Source: Fistulifera solaris
Lineage: Eukaryota
Direction of reading: 5' to 3'
Length of the DNA: 64,000 bases
Assembly: GCA_030295235.1 (NCBI GenBank)
Contig: AP026151.1
Coordinates: 682,001-746,000 of the forward strand
Shown: positions 11,301 to 23,491 of the stretch, in pieces
Position numbering within the stretch: position 1 is the stretch's first letter
How the letters are laid out: every line of letters begins with the position of its first letter
Translations under genes and position numbers: made by a program
The notes under the pieces: generated by a model
Seen by the model: only the letters and a program-made list of their open reading frames with translations
Databases searched by the model: none
Told to the model about the DNA's origin: nothing

Positions 11301-14300
11301 ACACCGACACCTCGTCCATTTATTTGTACGGGTTTGACCGACGCTAAGGGACACTTGCACTTATATGCAATTTTTCCCTTCAAACTACCAAGTGTCTCGA
11401 GTGGATGTACCTCAAGAGAGAACTTAGTGGTTGATAAAGGTCTTTGACTCGGTCCCTTTGCAATCACCCCAATACGACGACAACAAGCCCGACCCCGCAT
11501 TTTATGCGGCAAGCACCGCATCGCGTCATCAAAATTAGAGTCCGAGCTCAGCTGCAAAAGTCTCGAAATCGTAGACATCGTCGAAGAGGGGTCCTGCGAA
11601 GTTTCTCCGATCGCGGCTTTCAAAATTCGCAGGCATCGCTGTACGGAGAGGTCAACAAGAGAAGATGGGCCACTCAAATCGCCAACCAATTTCAACAGGC
11701 ATTCAGAAATTCGACTTTCAAAACTATCGTCGCTTTCGTCAATAGCCATTGTATCGGTGCCAATTTCATAGCCAATTGGAGGCAGCTGCGGGGCACGCAA
11801 GGATATATACACAGCCAACAAATCGTTCATTGCTCTCTCTGCAACTAAGTCGTTCTCAACAGACAAACATATTCTCCACAGAGCGTCAAGCGCTGATCGT
11901 TTTAGAGCAGTATTTGCAAACGACACACGATGTTGACTGAACAGGTCTTGGAAACTGCCATATCCATTGGGTCCTAGACCGCTATAGTTCATGTTTGGGG
12001 AGCAAAACAAGTCCAAGAAAACACTTGTGCACACTTCCTCTGATATTGCAGCAGAAACGATATTGTCGGGTCCATCACCACTCGGTTTGCCGTTCTGGGA
12101 TGCATCGGATATGAATACCATGACAGCCTCCCGATCCAGCGTGTTATCACAGCGATCCCAGAGATCCTTCAAGGAATCTGCGCTCAAGGGATCCATCGCG
12201 AGACCAAAGATGTGCCTGATTATTTTGAGTCTCTCTATCAAAGCATGCTCATGAACTTTATCGTCCAACGAAGTTTCTCTACCGTTCAACTTTCTACGAT
12301 CCAGATATGCGGTCAGCTCGTGAAATATTAAGGAAGGAAGACTACCGTTTTCTCGAGCGGCGAGCTTTTCAGCTTGCGGTTTAGGACAGGCACGGAAAAC
12401 AAAATCAAAAAGCTTGACCGTTCTCAGCGCTTGTGCTTCATCCAATGGTGCTGAGCGAATTCTTTCATTCTGTGTCAACACCGCAACACATGACTGCAAA
12501 AATCGCTCACGGTGTTCACTCCCTTTGGGTTCAACTTTCAATTCATAAATAAAATACTGCTTCAAACTATCGTAAGGCTTCAATGAAGAGGCCTCTGAGT
12601 GCGTAAGAACCGACCAGAGGAGATTCAAAACTTCTTCGCGAGCCTCATCAGATAGATTCGACTTCGACGGGTCCTTGCTATCCATAACTATTCCACTGGC
12701 AAGAGCCGAACAGAACTCGGATACTTCAAACAAATAATCTCTCTTTTCGCTATCATCTCGCAAAGATGCTTGAATAGCTTGCAGTAACGGAATCGCCAGG
12801 GAAATCGGGCAAAGCGGCAAGATAGATACAAGAAGTTGGTACACTTGCAATGATACTGCTGCATCAGCTTTTCGAGTGCAAGTTTTCCAAGCAAATAAGA
12901 GATGGGAAGTCTGCAGGCAGTACTGGTTTCCTGACGGAGGGACACGTGCACACATGGCGGCAAGAAACTTTATCAAACCCGTAGAACGAGACACCACTTC
13001 ACGATGGATAGTCGTGTCTCCAAGAACCTGTTCTACAATTTCATTTTCGATAGCCCATTTCGCAAGTTGGTGCTCGAGCGTCTCAAATTCAGCACCAGGA
13101 GGTACAAGCAAACCTTGTGCTTTGAGAATAGGAGGTGGCTCTATCCCAGAATTTTTACAAGCAACCCACCCCTGCTCCGGTGGATAAGGGTCTCCATAGT
13201 CCTTCGCTCTATGTTGGTAGTAGTCAATATCTCTATCGGTTCCAGGCTGTTCTTCATCGGCTTCTGACAAGAACCACCATTTTTGCTGCGAGCGCATTGT
13301 ACATCTAAATAAAGTGAGCTTTTTGACGCACCATTTGGATCGTCAGAGGGAATCTCTAGAACGTAGCTGAATTCGGTCCCTTGCCTCGCGTAACCATCAG
13401 GAGTAACCTCTCCATTGAACGTGTAAACTCCATTTGCAAAAGTATTTCCGGCATTTGAGACCAAATATTCACGAGGAGGGGGTCTGTGACTCTCGCACGC
13501 TCGAATGAGATCAGCGACTTGTTCCCAACCGAATAGCTTCAAAGGCAGAGATTGCGAACGAATCAGTCGCAGCACCAGATCTCTCCAAAAGGCATAAAAC
13601 ATATTCGTACTAGAACGCCGGGTCGCAACTAAACGATCAAAAATGTGCTGAAGATCGCTCTGAATCACTTTCAAGTCATCTGTCGGAATTTTCTTCAACT
13701 CTTCGTCCGTGCAAGCGGAAATAAATTGTATGATATCATTTGAAATGAGGATAGCGTCTTCTTCAATGTCCTGATCTGGTTCCGAGGTAGCTCGTGCCGG
13801 AATACCATCATAGATCGCGCAAAGAATTTCATGCACCCACGGAAGAACCGGAAACGTAGTTTTCTTTACGAGTTGCATTTGAAGATAATCATGCAAACGT
13901 CGGAAGCCATCTTCCGCACGAAACACCTCCATCGTACGCAAACGAACTTCCGGCATGCCCACCATATGATGATGCTGATTTGTATTCCATGATCCCCCTT
14001 TACTACCTTTATAGAATGCTTTCTTTTTATTCAAAGCATGCGACAGGGTCGGAAGTAACGCACTCGTTCCCTGGCGCCGTACCTGAATGGCCAGATCTTC
14101 CGCCACAATCCGCACCGCCAACATCAATGAGTCTTGCACACAATTCCGTTCATGAATTCCAATTTTCGACGGCTGTTGCTCGACCAAAATACTGATAATT
14201 GAGGTCATGTACCCTTCCACAAAGGTCCGCGCACGCGGCTCGTGTCGTAGGTACTTGAACGCATGATCTAATGACTCGACTGCGCTTTTCCAAACCACTT

Positions 14301-14568
14301 TTCATCCAAAAAGGGCGACTCAGTTAGACTCGAAATTTATGACAGTCACAAGAATAAACAAAATACACGCGGAAGGCACCCAACGAACCGAGCTCGATGC
14401 GAAGGTAACAAATAATGTGCTGCAAATGACACAAAGGGGACACGTACCTGTTTGATTCTTGTCCAGACCGTTCCCGACCTCAATCCAGAGCTGAATGACC
14501 TCCGGAGGCGCTACAACGCTGCTATCGTATTGATAGCCAGCATCCGATGTTTCATTTTCCGCAGTCAT
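5374..14568 (-). CDS. Very large ubiquitin-specific protease (USP24/USP34/USP9X-like), about 3000 aa, split by several frameshifts
   Basis: Cys box GLRNQGCTCYMNSVLQQLF, QQNDASEF, LILSLKRFDLDF, His box GVLVHAGVAQGGHYYSFIK and WYRFDDEDV. Exon 1 is 14568-14448 and a GT-AG intron spans 14447-14299. Abutting ORFs 13141-14298, 10292-13297, 8836-10347, 7864-8802, 6852-8069, 5639-6985 and 5374-5868 join through single-base indels. Confidence 0.92.
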
Positions 14569-15492
14569 GGTCGATTGATTCTATTTTATACGCCGTAGTT
14601 CACAACCTCGGTTTATTGCTGCTGAAATGCTTGTGGTGCTCAAGCCAGCTGCGCTGCGGGTCATAAGATGCAAGGAGAAGATCGTCTCTTCTTACACAAT
14701 ACGTCATACAAATTGAAGACCGGTACCAAAGTGACCTTTGGATTTTGTCAATCATCGAGCCATTTCGTCGTTGAAATCACCGAGGCGACGTAAAGCCGTT
14801 TTACACTACTGAATGAAAATGGACGGAGTTAACGATGAGGTTTTCGATGGTGCGAACAAGAAAAAGGTGCGAATAAGGTGCGAAGAAGTGAGAACTCTCT
14901 CCGGAACAGCTCTATGTGTCATGAGGACTGAGTCATGACTAAACTGGAAAGAAACTATAGACTCCATTGACCTTTGAATTTCGAGATTTAGCCAAGCTGG
15001 AAGACACTCTCCGAGTCGCATCATCATTCACCTCGTAAGAAAAGACAAGAGAAGCAAGCTTTGCATCTCCTCAAGTCATGGGATTTGTCGTACTTCTTCC
15101 TTTGAAAGCTTGATAGCTACTGAGTAAATTGATACATCTCTGCCACTAAAGCTCAGCTGATCATTCAATCCACTAGACTTATTTTGATGTCATTTCGTAG
15201 CGCTCCTGTTTCAACAACCAAGCCCATTGGGAAAACGTGATTGCCTTTTCGCAAAGAAAAAGTGTTCCCACAATGCCAATGAGCAGCATCCTTTTAGTGG
15301 GACGAGTGATCTCATCTAAGCGAAACGCTTTTATTTCTCTTTTATTATGTTTGGTTGTAATTAAATCTATTCTATTTTATCTCTATTTTGTATGGCGTCC
15401 AAGAAAGCCTTACGGCCTTTTCCATGTAGCCTTCTATCTAATCTTTCTTGCTGCATGTATGCGTACTGTAATCTAGCTTCACAGATCTCTCC

Positions 15493-15804
15493 TCACTCTT
15501 CAGTGAAAATCCAGTGAGACTTTATCTCGGTGGCGCCGCTGTTGATCGATGACCCAGCAATACGGCGAATGTCCATGTGATCCAATTCCCACGAGGGGAT
15601 CGGGCCAGCATAAGCCCGTCCCTCAATGCGCCGAATGTTCATATGATCTAGTTCCCGAGACGGAAGAGGAACCGAGTACTTGTCTCGAATATGGGGGGTA
15701 CGTGTAGCTCCCAGACTGCTCAACGTCGCTGGACTGTTACGGCTCAACGTCGTTCGTGTCGACGCGATGACTCCTTTTCCGACGCGGATCATGGCCTTTC
15801 TCAT
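15493..15804 (-). CDS. Small (103 aa) protein with a basic/hydroxylated N-terminal presequence and two 22-aa-period repeats
   Basis: ATG at 15804 gives MRKAMIRVGKGVIASTRTTLSR. Repeats PLPSRELDHMNIRRI and PIPSWELDHMDIRRI differ mostly at synonymous codon positions. Confidence 0.7.
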   Translation of the reverse strand: MRKAMIRVGKGVIASTRTTLSRNSPATLSSLGATRTPHIRDKYSVPLPSRELDHMNIRRIEGRAYAGPIPSWELDHMDIRRIAGSSINSGATEIKSHWIFTEE

Positions 15805-16383
15805 GTTTTTATGGTGTATTCTAATGTTGCTTTTGATGTAAATTGAATTTATGAAGTAATAATAAAACAAAACATGATTACCATCGGTCGTTCTTTGACA
15901 CAACGTTGTCATGTCTTATGTTGTGGAAGATACTTGTACAGCCGCGATTGACGCACGGTACTCACATGCGGTACTCAGAGGATGACGAAGATGTTCGCCA
16001 GCCATTCAAAACACGCGAGCAAAATGAGCCTTCTCATTGAAGAAAAGCCTTTTTGACTTTTTGACGTCTTTGCAAATCTTGACGGACGACGGTCGGGTAG
16101 GTACCCATTCGTGACTGCTCTTCAAAGAGTCACAAGTCACAACAACAAAGCCAGACTAACTAAAGTCGACCTAGTTTAGTGCAGAGTAGTCGAATCCGCA
16201 TGAATCTGTCACAACACGGCTATGTAAAAGCACTACGACGAAGTAGCTAATACATGTAAAGCCACATTGACTTTTCGATGTAATTTCTAAAAACGCATAG
16301 AAAACGGAAAGATGAGTTTCCTGCCAACTATCGCCCCCTTTCGCAGCTCATCTATATTTGATAGCCAAATTGTCGCGCCGGTT

Positions 16384-17041
16384 CTATTTGGCCCAAATAG
16401 GTACACCCGCCAGTATCGACGCCAGGAAAATCCCGAAACACATGAACGAGATCGTGCCCACGACATTCGCTAAAATGACCGTGATGGTGACAGCCAACGG
16501 TTTCCCCACCTGCAATTTGTCTTGGACGCGTTTTACAAAAGCATCAAATTTGGGACTGACACCGACGGCAACTGCCAATCGGAGAGGACGAACGATATTG
16601 TTAAAGACAAAGAATCCGGCGTACACCGCCAAGAAACCTTTCCATTGCCCCGGAGCCAAAGGTGATTTTCCTGTCTGCACTACGAGAGTGAATTACAGCC
16701 GATCGGAATTCATAAAACCCCCAGAACGCACGCACCTGCTTGGAAAAAATGAACCACGCCAAGGAAACGGAGACACAATAACTCATATTCGAGACCCATC
16801 CGTACGACAATACCGCCGCCAATCCCATTTTCCCCAGGCGTTCACGGAACGTCAAGCCATCATCGACGGGTTTAAAGTAGGACTTGATGTTATTGATGAA
16901 TTTCTTTTCGGCCATGATGATTGAGGTGGATGGTCGCGAGATTGTGGGCGATAATTTTACTCGGTGTGGAGCGACTGGAACAAACGCGTGGGCGCCTTGT
17001 AATAAGAATAGGAATAGTATCAGTCTCATAGAAGTCATCAT
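16384..17041 (-). CDS. Plastid-targeted FAM210/DUF1279-like membrane protein
   Basis: Signal peptide plus AHA|FVP (ASAFAP-type) leader. Core: KMGLAAVLSYGWVSN...YAGFFVFNNIVRPLRLAVAVGVSPKF. GT-AG intron 16735-16675 joins ORFs 16601-17041 and 16384-16680. Confidence 0.75.
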
Positions 17042-17464
17042 ATATTCTTATTGGATAGATTATAATATTTGGTCAGGTGAAGGCTTTGGTAATGCTTTTA
17101 CTTGTATCTTTTGCATGTCAACATCGTCGTCGTCTTTTTCATAATTTATTGCGGGCTTTCCTTGTTTGCGGGCGCTTCGCGGCGGTGCCTGCGCGAAAGT
17201 ATCAAAGGTGTCGCACCATCAATCAATAGATAGAGGGTAGACTTTGTTTTTGCAGTGATCAAAGACAACGGACAACGGAAAGGCTGAAAGCGTGACCTAC
17301 ACAAGCGTGACTGGAGGACGTCAAAAACAACACAAAACAATAACAAAACGCAACGAATGATGAGACCCAAAAGCTCTAACATAGAAGTAAATTGATTCAC
17401 TATCTCTTTCAGATACACAGCAACTAACATATGCAAAGAACAGTGCTACAGGGCAATACATCGG

Positions 17465-20032
17465 ATGGAGCGTTTCGATCATGCGGAGAATTATCAAACC
17501 ATCCTTCAACCCTTCCGTGAGGCGACATCTTCGGCCGCTCGTGTCGAAGTATTGCAGAAGCTCTCGGCAAACATCAGGGACCTCCCAACGGATCAAGAAA
17601 GAGAGTACGTGCTATTCTCTCTTCTACGCGACACGCCGCCGTTGATCCCCGACACGCCCGAAGAAACCGCCATGTTGAATTGTTTGCAAGCAGGAGGACC
17701 TTCCGTCTCGATCACCGTCGTCCTCCGCATTCTACAAGAAATTCCACCATCGCTCACCGCGTTGGAACTGTCATTGACACTTTTGAAACGTATATTGGGC
17801 ACTCGACCCATGAACGACGCCTGGCTGATGGATGATGCACAAAGCGTCGAACGGTGGGTGAATGTACTGGTCCGTGTACCGAATTTAGTAGCGAATGCCT
17901 GCTACGCGCTCAAAGTTCCCTTCCCGGCATGGACCATCCAAGGGAAATATTTCCCCAAAATGGTGGATCATGCGATTCAATGGCATCTACTGGCAGAGAA
18001 AAACCCAGCAATTCAAACCCGACAAATGTATCTTCTCTCGCTCATCAAACGTATGTTGCGAAGAGGAGGAGAAGAAGTCACCAAGGGATTGTATCAAGCG
18101 TACGAGCGGGGTGACTCATTGCCCTTACTATACAATATTGTTGTCAATACGTTGAGCGATTTATCACCGCGCGAGTTTGCCATTCTGAGCCGATCCATGA
18201 TGCGACATATCCTCTCCGTGTGTCCTCCGGCCACCGAAGGCAGATATGTGCATCCCTGGTTGGACGAAACTGTGAGAAAAGTTGTCATAAAGTCGACATT
18301 GCATGCTGATACGTTGGTGGAACTGCTAATCTTTTCCACTGATTTAAATCACGACATGGCCTACATGACCGCCAGCATACTCGCCAATACCACAGAAACG
18401 CACGACGATCATGATTCGTCATCGCTCGACAGCGATGAGTCATCTTCCGAGGATACGTTATTACGTCGTCACTTGATTGCGGTCGTCGACCGCTGGTCTC
18501 GTCCCAACTATGTCTTGGAGACTCCCAATCGTCAACAGTCACACGTTACGGCCTTTCTCCGATTTGGCATGAATTTACTTTGCGAACCCAAAGAAGACGC
18601 GGCGTCCGAGTTGGTGGCATCGATATTGGAAGGAGTTACGTGTCGATTGTCGAGCACGGATCCAGATATACGGAGGGATGGAATGCAACTTGCTGTTCTT
18701 TTGGCAAAGCGACTGGGAGAAACGTTGGAATTTGACGAATTGAAGGAGTCAAATAATACGGAGGAGTTAGCAACAGACATCACCGAAGAGAATAAACCAG
18801 CAAAAGTGGCAGAAAGGATTGTCCAGAAATCTCGTCGTCGTTTTCGAAATGCCGATCCAGACGCGCCTTATCTCAGCGATGAGGACGATAGTATTGAAGA
18901 ATCCAACGATAGTTGGGACGAAGAGGATGAAGATGCACCATATGATTTAGAAGATGACGAAGAAGATCTTGCCGACACGGCAAAACCCCGTTTCCTGTCG
19001 GACTGTCTTGATTTGTTGCGAACGCCGGAAACGGAGGATTGTGCATCCAGTCGTCACGAGACGGCTTTAGCAGAGTTATCCCAGCTAGTGCGCTCGCGAC
19101 CGATGGATCTTCCTGACATTGCTGCCACGATCGCATTCGAGCTTGTACACATGGAAAACAAATTCGATATCAATGGATTTGCGGACATGGTATCGTCTTC
19201 GTTACGGTCTCTTGCTGTGGAAGAACCTCTTTTAGTGGGCGAAACCTTGATTCAAGAAATCTTTCAAGATATTGGTTTGTCGGACAGAATTTGTGCTTTG
19301 CGTGCACTGAGCGAGGCAGCCTATGAAATGGCTGGGCTATTGGATATGGAGCAACACAACTTATCTACAAAAATCTCGTAAGTAGATGACGATACCTGCG
19401 AAATTCATTACTGTTTGAGAGTATCGCTAACAAATCAAACACTTGAAACGCTTAAATACAGTGACAAAAGCGCCGCAACAACCCAAAGTGATGTAGTGGA
19501 TCCATCACTCCGCAAAGTTGGTCTTCGCGAAGTCCGTACACGTCGATGGGGACATCGGAAGACACCGTTGATTCGAAACTCGTTCACACAAGTGGCTCCG
19601 ATCTGGTTCTACTCATTAGTGAGAACGTTTTTGGAAAGGAAAGAAGATGACCGACTTTGGAAAGGAAGCATTGGAGCGACTTTCCTTGCGACCGTCTTTC
19701 AGACATTGGCCGCCTTTGTCGAGTGCAGTCGGTACGGTCCATCGGTGTTGGCCAAAGATCTAATCCAATTGGTGTGGAGTTTCCACCAGGCCGATGTCGG
19801 AGAAGTCCGAACCGCCGTTCTGTTGGCGGTCACTGTATCGTTCACTCATTTGGGTACGGAGGATGCCTTGACGTTGCTGCTGGATGCCAACATTCCCCAA
19901 GGTCTTTCGCTTATGGCAGCAAAGGATCCCGACGAGAAATGCCGTGAGCTTGCGGTTGGCTTGATGTCGAACATTACTCAAACCGTAGATTCTATGAGCA
20001 TCCGTCCTCTCACGGAAAAGAATAAACTGTAA
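17465..20032 (+). CDS. TEL2: Telomere length regulation protein TEL2 (TTT co-chaperone subunit)
   Basis: ILEGVTCRLSSTDPDIRRDGMQLAVLLA, acidic PYDLEDDEEDL..KPRFLSDCL, TRRWG and NSFTQVAPIWFYSL. Intron 19378-19461 (GTAAGT...TACAG). Confidence 0.85.
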
Positions 20033-20621
20033 ATGCTACCATTTGTGTTGCGACGAAAAGAAAGGTGGAGATCCTTTATAATTTTTTTGAAAATATTGCG
20101 TTCGGCGTCATTCTTTCAATAATCCGAAAGGACTGTTTGACTGATTATACGTAGTACCGACTACCATTTAAATAGTACTTGAGGAGAAACTAGACAGTTG
20201 TCATTTCTGCGTGCAATAAGCTTTACCGAAACACATAAAAAAGATGCTTTCTGGATCAAAGTTCTCGGTCATAAAGGTCATTTCATTGACTGTACATGAC
20301 GTATCTGATTTTCTATTACGTAATAGTACTGAAGACTGTGTCTTCGTAGAATTCTCATTCTGCGTCGGATCGAGATGCAATTTCGATTGGTGGAAACCAA
20401 GCTCTCGCTCCTTCCGCTGAACTTGAAACTGCTTCTTCTCGATTTTTGGTTGGAGGAATGCAAAACGACACGGTGGAAATAATAAAGATCGCACACGCCA
20501 TTCGTTGGACCATTCATTTGATAAATATTTATCAAACTAGTCTCTACTCGTAGCATTACCATTTGCTGTTTACAAAAACACGCAAGCTTTCCTCAAGCCC
20601 TCTGCTATCCGCTATCTCGAC

Positions 20622-21223
20622 ATGACAGAAACAATCTCACCCTTGATGGTCCTTCCGAATACCTTCGAATCATCTTGGACCATGCAGTCTTCGACTACCG
20701 AAACAATCGACCAAGCCACGGTTATATCGTGGTCCGATTTACCATGCCAAGGTGATCTTCTCATCGACTTTGACCAACTGCACTTCTCTCCAGTAGAACA
20801 AGCAACTACATTCGAGGACCAAAAGCACGGTCCTCCGCCATCCCCCCGATCCCTCTCCGAGGAACTCCTCTGCCATTACACGGCTCCGGCCGCCCCACGT
20901 CTTCGCAGAAAACCGTCCGCTTTGCGGAAATCGCACAAATCCGTACATACGATGTCATTTTGGGTGATCATCCTTCCTGTCACGGTGGAATGGCCTTGCA
21001 ACTGGACTGGAGCCACCAAGGCACGGAATTCGTCCACTTGGACGTGTACGATACCGCCAGTCGTCATCGGGATATGGCGCAATTGCATCTGACATTCTTT
21101 CAACGCCGGGAACGTTTACGACAATTGACGGGCATGTCTGGGTGTGAACTGCTGAGGGCCGAATTCGATCTACTTCAAGAGACGTCTCCGGCGGTGTTGC
21201 GACGAACGGGTCGTTTTTTGTGA
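20622..21223 (+). CDS. Diatom-type hypothetical protein (ILGDHPSC-GG-ALQLDW family, distantly CSRNP-N-like)
   Basis: ORF 20622-21092 shifts frame near 20945 into YDVILGDHPSCHGGMALQLDWSH...LTFFQRRERLRQLTGMS..ELLRAE (ORF 20960-21223). Confidence 0.65.
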
Positions 21224-21309
21224 GGGGAAGGCCATTGTATAGAAAGCGTTTTGTAGAAAGCTTTTAATTTTCATTTTGCAATTTAACCTTATCTTATTGC
21301 TCATTATAG

Positions 21310-22110
21310 CTATGTGATAGTCGGACGATACTTTTTTACTTGTACGCCTTGTCTCGACGAAGCAAAACTCGACCCACTCTGCTGCAAGGACCGCGTGAAC
21401 TTGATCTTTTGACTCGTAATCGGGCAGATCTGACTTTTTCGTATGAGTTGATCGTAAACACTCGTCAAAACCACTTTTCCTGGTTTTTTCTTGTCGACCC
21501 AATACGCCGTGGCCGGTTGATATTGGATCGTCTTGTCGGAGACTTCACACACGATATTCTTGTCATCCCATTTCAAGGCCACGGGCCAGATGTCTTTGCG
21601 ACGCAACGGTTCTTGCGAATGCGGCGACAACGGTCGTTCGGGTGGTAACGGAAGGACGACTGCGACCGTCTCGGGTTGGGCTTCCGCCAACCAGTAGCTG
21701 GATTTTAAGACGGCCTGTTTCGCCGTTTCCTTCTCATCGACGGCTTTTCGTTTCCGTATTACTTGTTGCGTTTCTTCAAATTGTTGTTGTTGGATTTGTT
21801 TCTCGTCGTCGTCCCCCTGCCGACTGGCTTGTTGACGTTCGTAAGCAGCCTTTTGTTCTTTCAATTCTTGCGTTTGCGTCAACAAGTACTCCACAATGGC
21901 ATCTTGCGCATACAAATACCCCGATGGTGTACAACCTACTGCGGCATCTTGTAGTCTGGTGAAGGAAATACCACAATCCCCCAATTGATATTGACTGTGA
22001 CCCGCCAAACGTTGGGCCGTCGTGCCGTATTCACTCGAGGCAAACTTTTTGGTGCGTTCGTGTTGCGTTAACGGAAAATTGCCGCCGGGTTGTTTGCTTT
22101 TGCGGGCCAT
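21310..22110 (-). CDS. NOSIP: Nitric oxide synthase-interacting protein homolog
   Basis: MARKSK...LTQHER...YGTTAQRLAGHSQ...CTPSGYLYAQDAIVEYLLTQ...CPITS...LQQSGSSFAS. Confidence 0.88.
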   Translation of the reverse strand: MARKSKQPGGNFPLTQHERTKKFASSEYGTTAQRLAGHSQYQLGDCGISFTRLQDAAVGCTPSGYLYAQDAIVEYLLTQTQELKEQKAAYERQQASRQGDDDEKQIQQQQFEETQQVIRKRKAVDEKETAKQAVLKSSYWLAEAQPETVAVVLPLPPERPLSPHSQEPLRRKDIWPVALKWDDKNIVCEVSDKTIQYQPATAYWVDKKKPGKVVLTSVYDQLIRKSQICPITSQKIKFTRSLQQSGSSFASSRQGVQVKKYRPTIT

Positions 22111-22651
22111 TTGCTCGTTCCTTCTTTTATAGTTGTTATTGAAGCTGAATGAAGATGCAATGCAGCAAGACGAACGTTATTCGTTCCTTATTTTTTCGTC
22201 TCACGCATTGCGTTGCAGGATCGCCAAAAAATTACGGAAGATGACAAACGGTTTCGCGCTTTTATATTGCCGACGCGACATATAGACTAGCAATATAGGA
22301 AAAGTAGGCGGGTTCTTGTCAAAAGAGAATAGAAACAGAAATATCTGCATTGTATTCTTTTGCCTTTACAACGGTAGCTTGGAGACAGGTCTATAAACGT
22401 ATTCGATGGAAAGCGGCTTGCGCAATCATTGCCAACGCATCACCACCGTCACTCACGTGATCGCTCCCGCAACTAGAAAACTATATACAAACTATGAATC
22501 AATTGTTTTTCAACGAACATCTACTTTAACTAATTTAGAACATATAAGAAAGAATGATTGAAGAATCTCAAACCGCCACTACGGGAAGCACAACACACGA
22601 AACGACAAACACAAAGAGTACGAAAGACAACGACAAAGGAGATCTTCTCTT

Positions 22652-23399
22652 TCACCGACTGGATGATTCAAACGCACGATGTTTCGGAAGGTCGTGATCA
22701 TAGAAGTGTTCGTATTTGAACAAATACTCCTTGTAGGCTGCTAGCGACGAGAAACCAGGTGGTACGGATGTCGGGTCGACGTCAAGGCTGTCAACGATCT
22801 CATCCGTGAAAGCACTCCAATGGGCTGGATGCACCAATTCTCCGCGACGATCGCGAAAGTACGCGTCTTCTTCCAACACATTCTCGAGGCATTCGTCGCC
22901 ATACAAATTGCGCTCAAATTCAATCTCCTGACACATGACATCGCTCTCAGCTTGCAAGGTCTCAAGGTCACGATATAACGAACGCTTTTCCTCAGCTGTG
23001 AACGAACAATGATGGGGAATCTCTTTCACTGTCGCAAGATCCGAAGCAAATTGTACACGACGAGGCACAGGACGACTGGATGAAGTTTAGCGTCACCGGA
23101 GGAGTGCTTCTCTTTAAAACTCCATTTTGAGTCGTTTTCGCCGCCGACAGCGATTCTTCACTCGACTCCGTAAGCGATAGAAGGAAAGAAGAGACTTGAT
23201 CATCATTATCGACATCGAACTCACGTGGAAGCAACGATTCCGCGACATCCGCGTCGCAATTCGACAGAAAGGGAGCATCGCCAACGTTTTCGGCTTGCAA
23301 CGACCACAGAGGGCTTGTCAGCTGCTGTAGCGTGTCGACAATCGTCTCAGACAGACTCTGGGAGCATGAAAGATGTTGATGTTTGCTAAAAACTTGCAT
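22652..23399 (-). pseudogene. RVxF/GELVHPAHW family paralog B' (left copy), frameshifted
   Basis: ATG at 23399 (MQVFSKHQHLSCSQS). Relative to the copy at 39923-40657 a net ~17-nt deletion near 23085-23095 breaks the frame just before RRVQFASD. The downstream ORF 22652-23068 is intact. Confidence 0.6.
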
Positions 23400-23491
23400 T
23401 TTGATTCAAAATAGATGAAACAACTACGGTTGGCACAACACAGGGAACAAGACAAATAAATAAATACGCAGACGAGAAAAACGATTACAAA

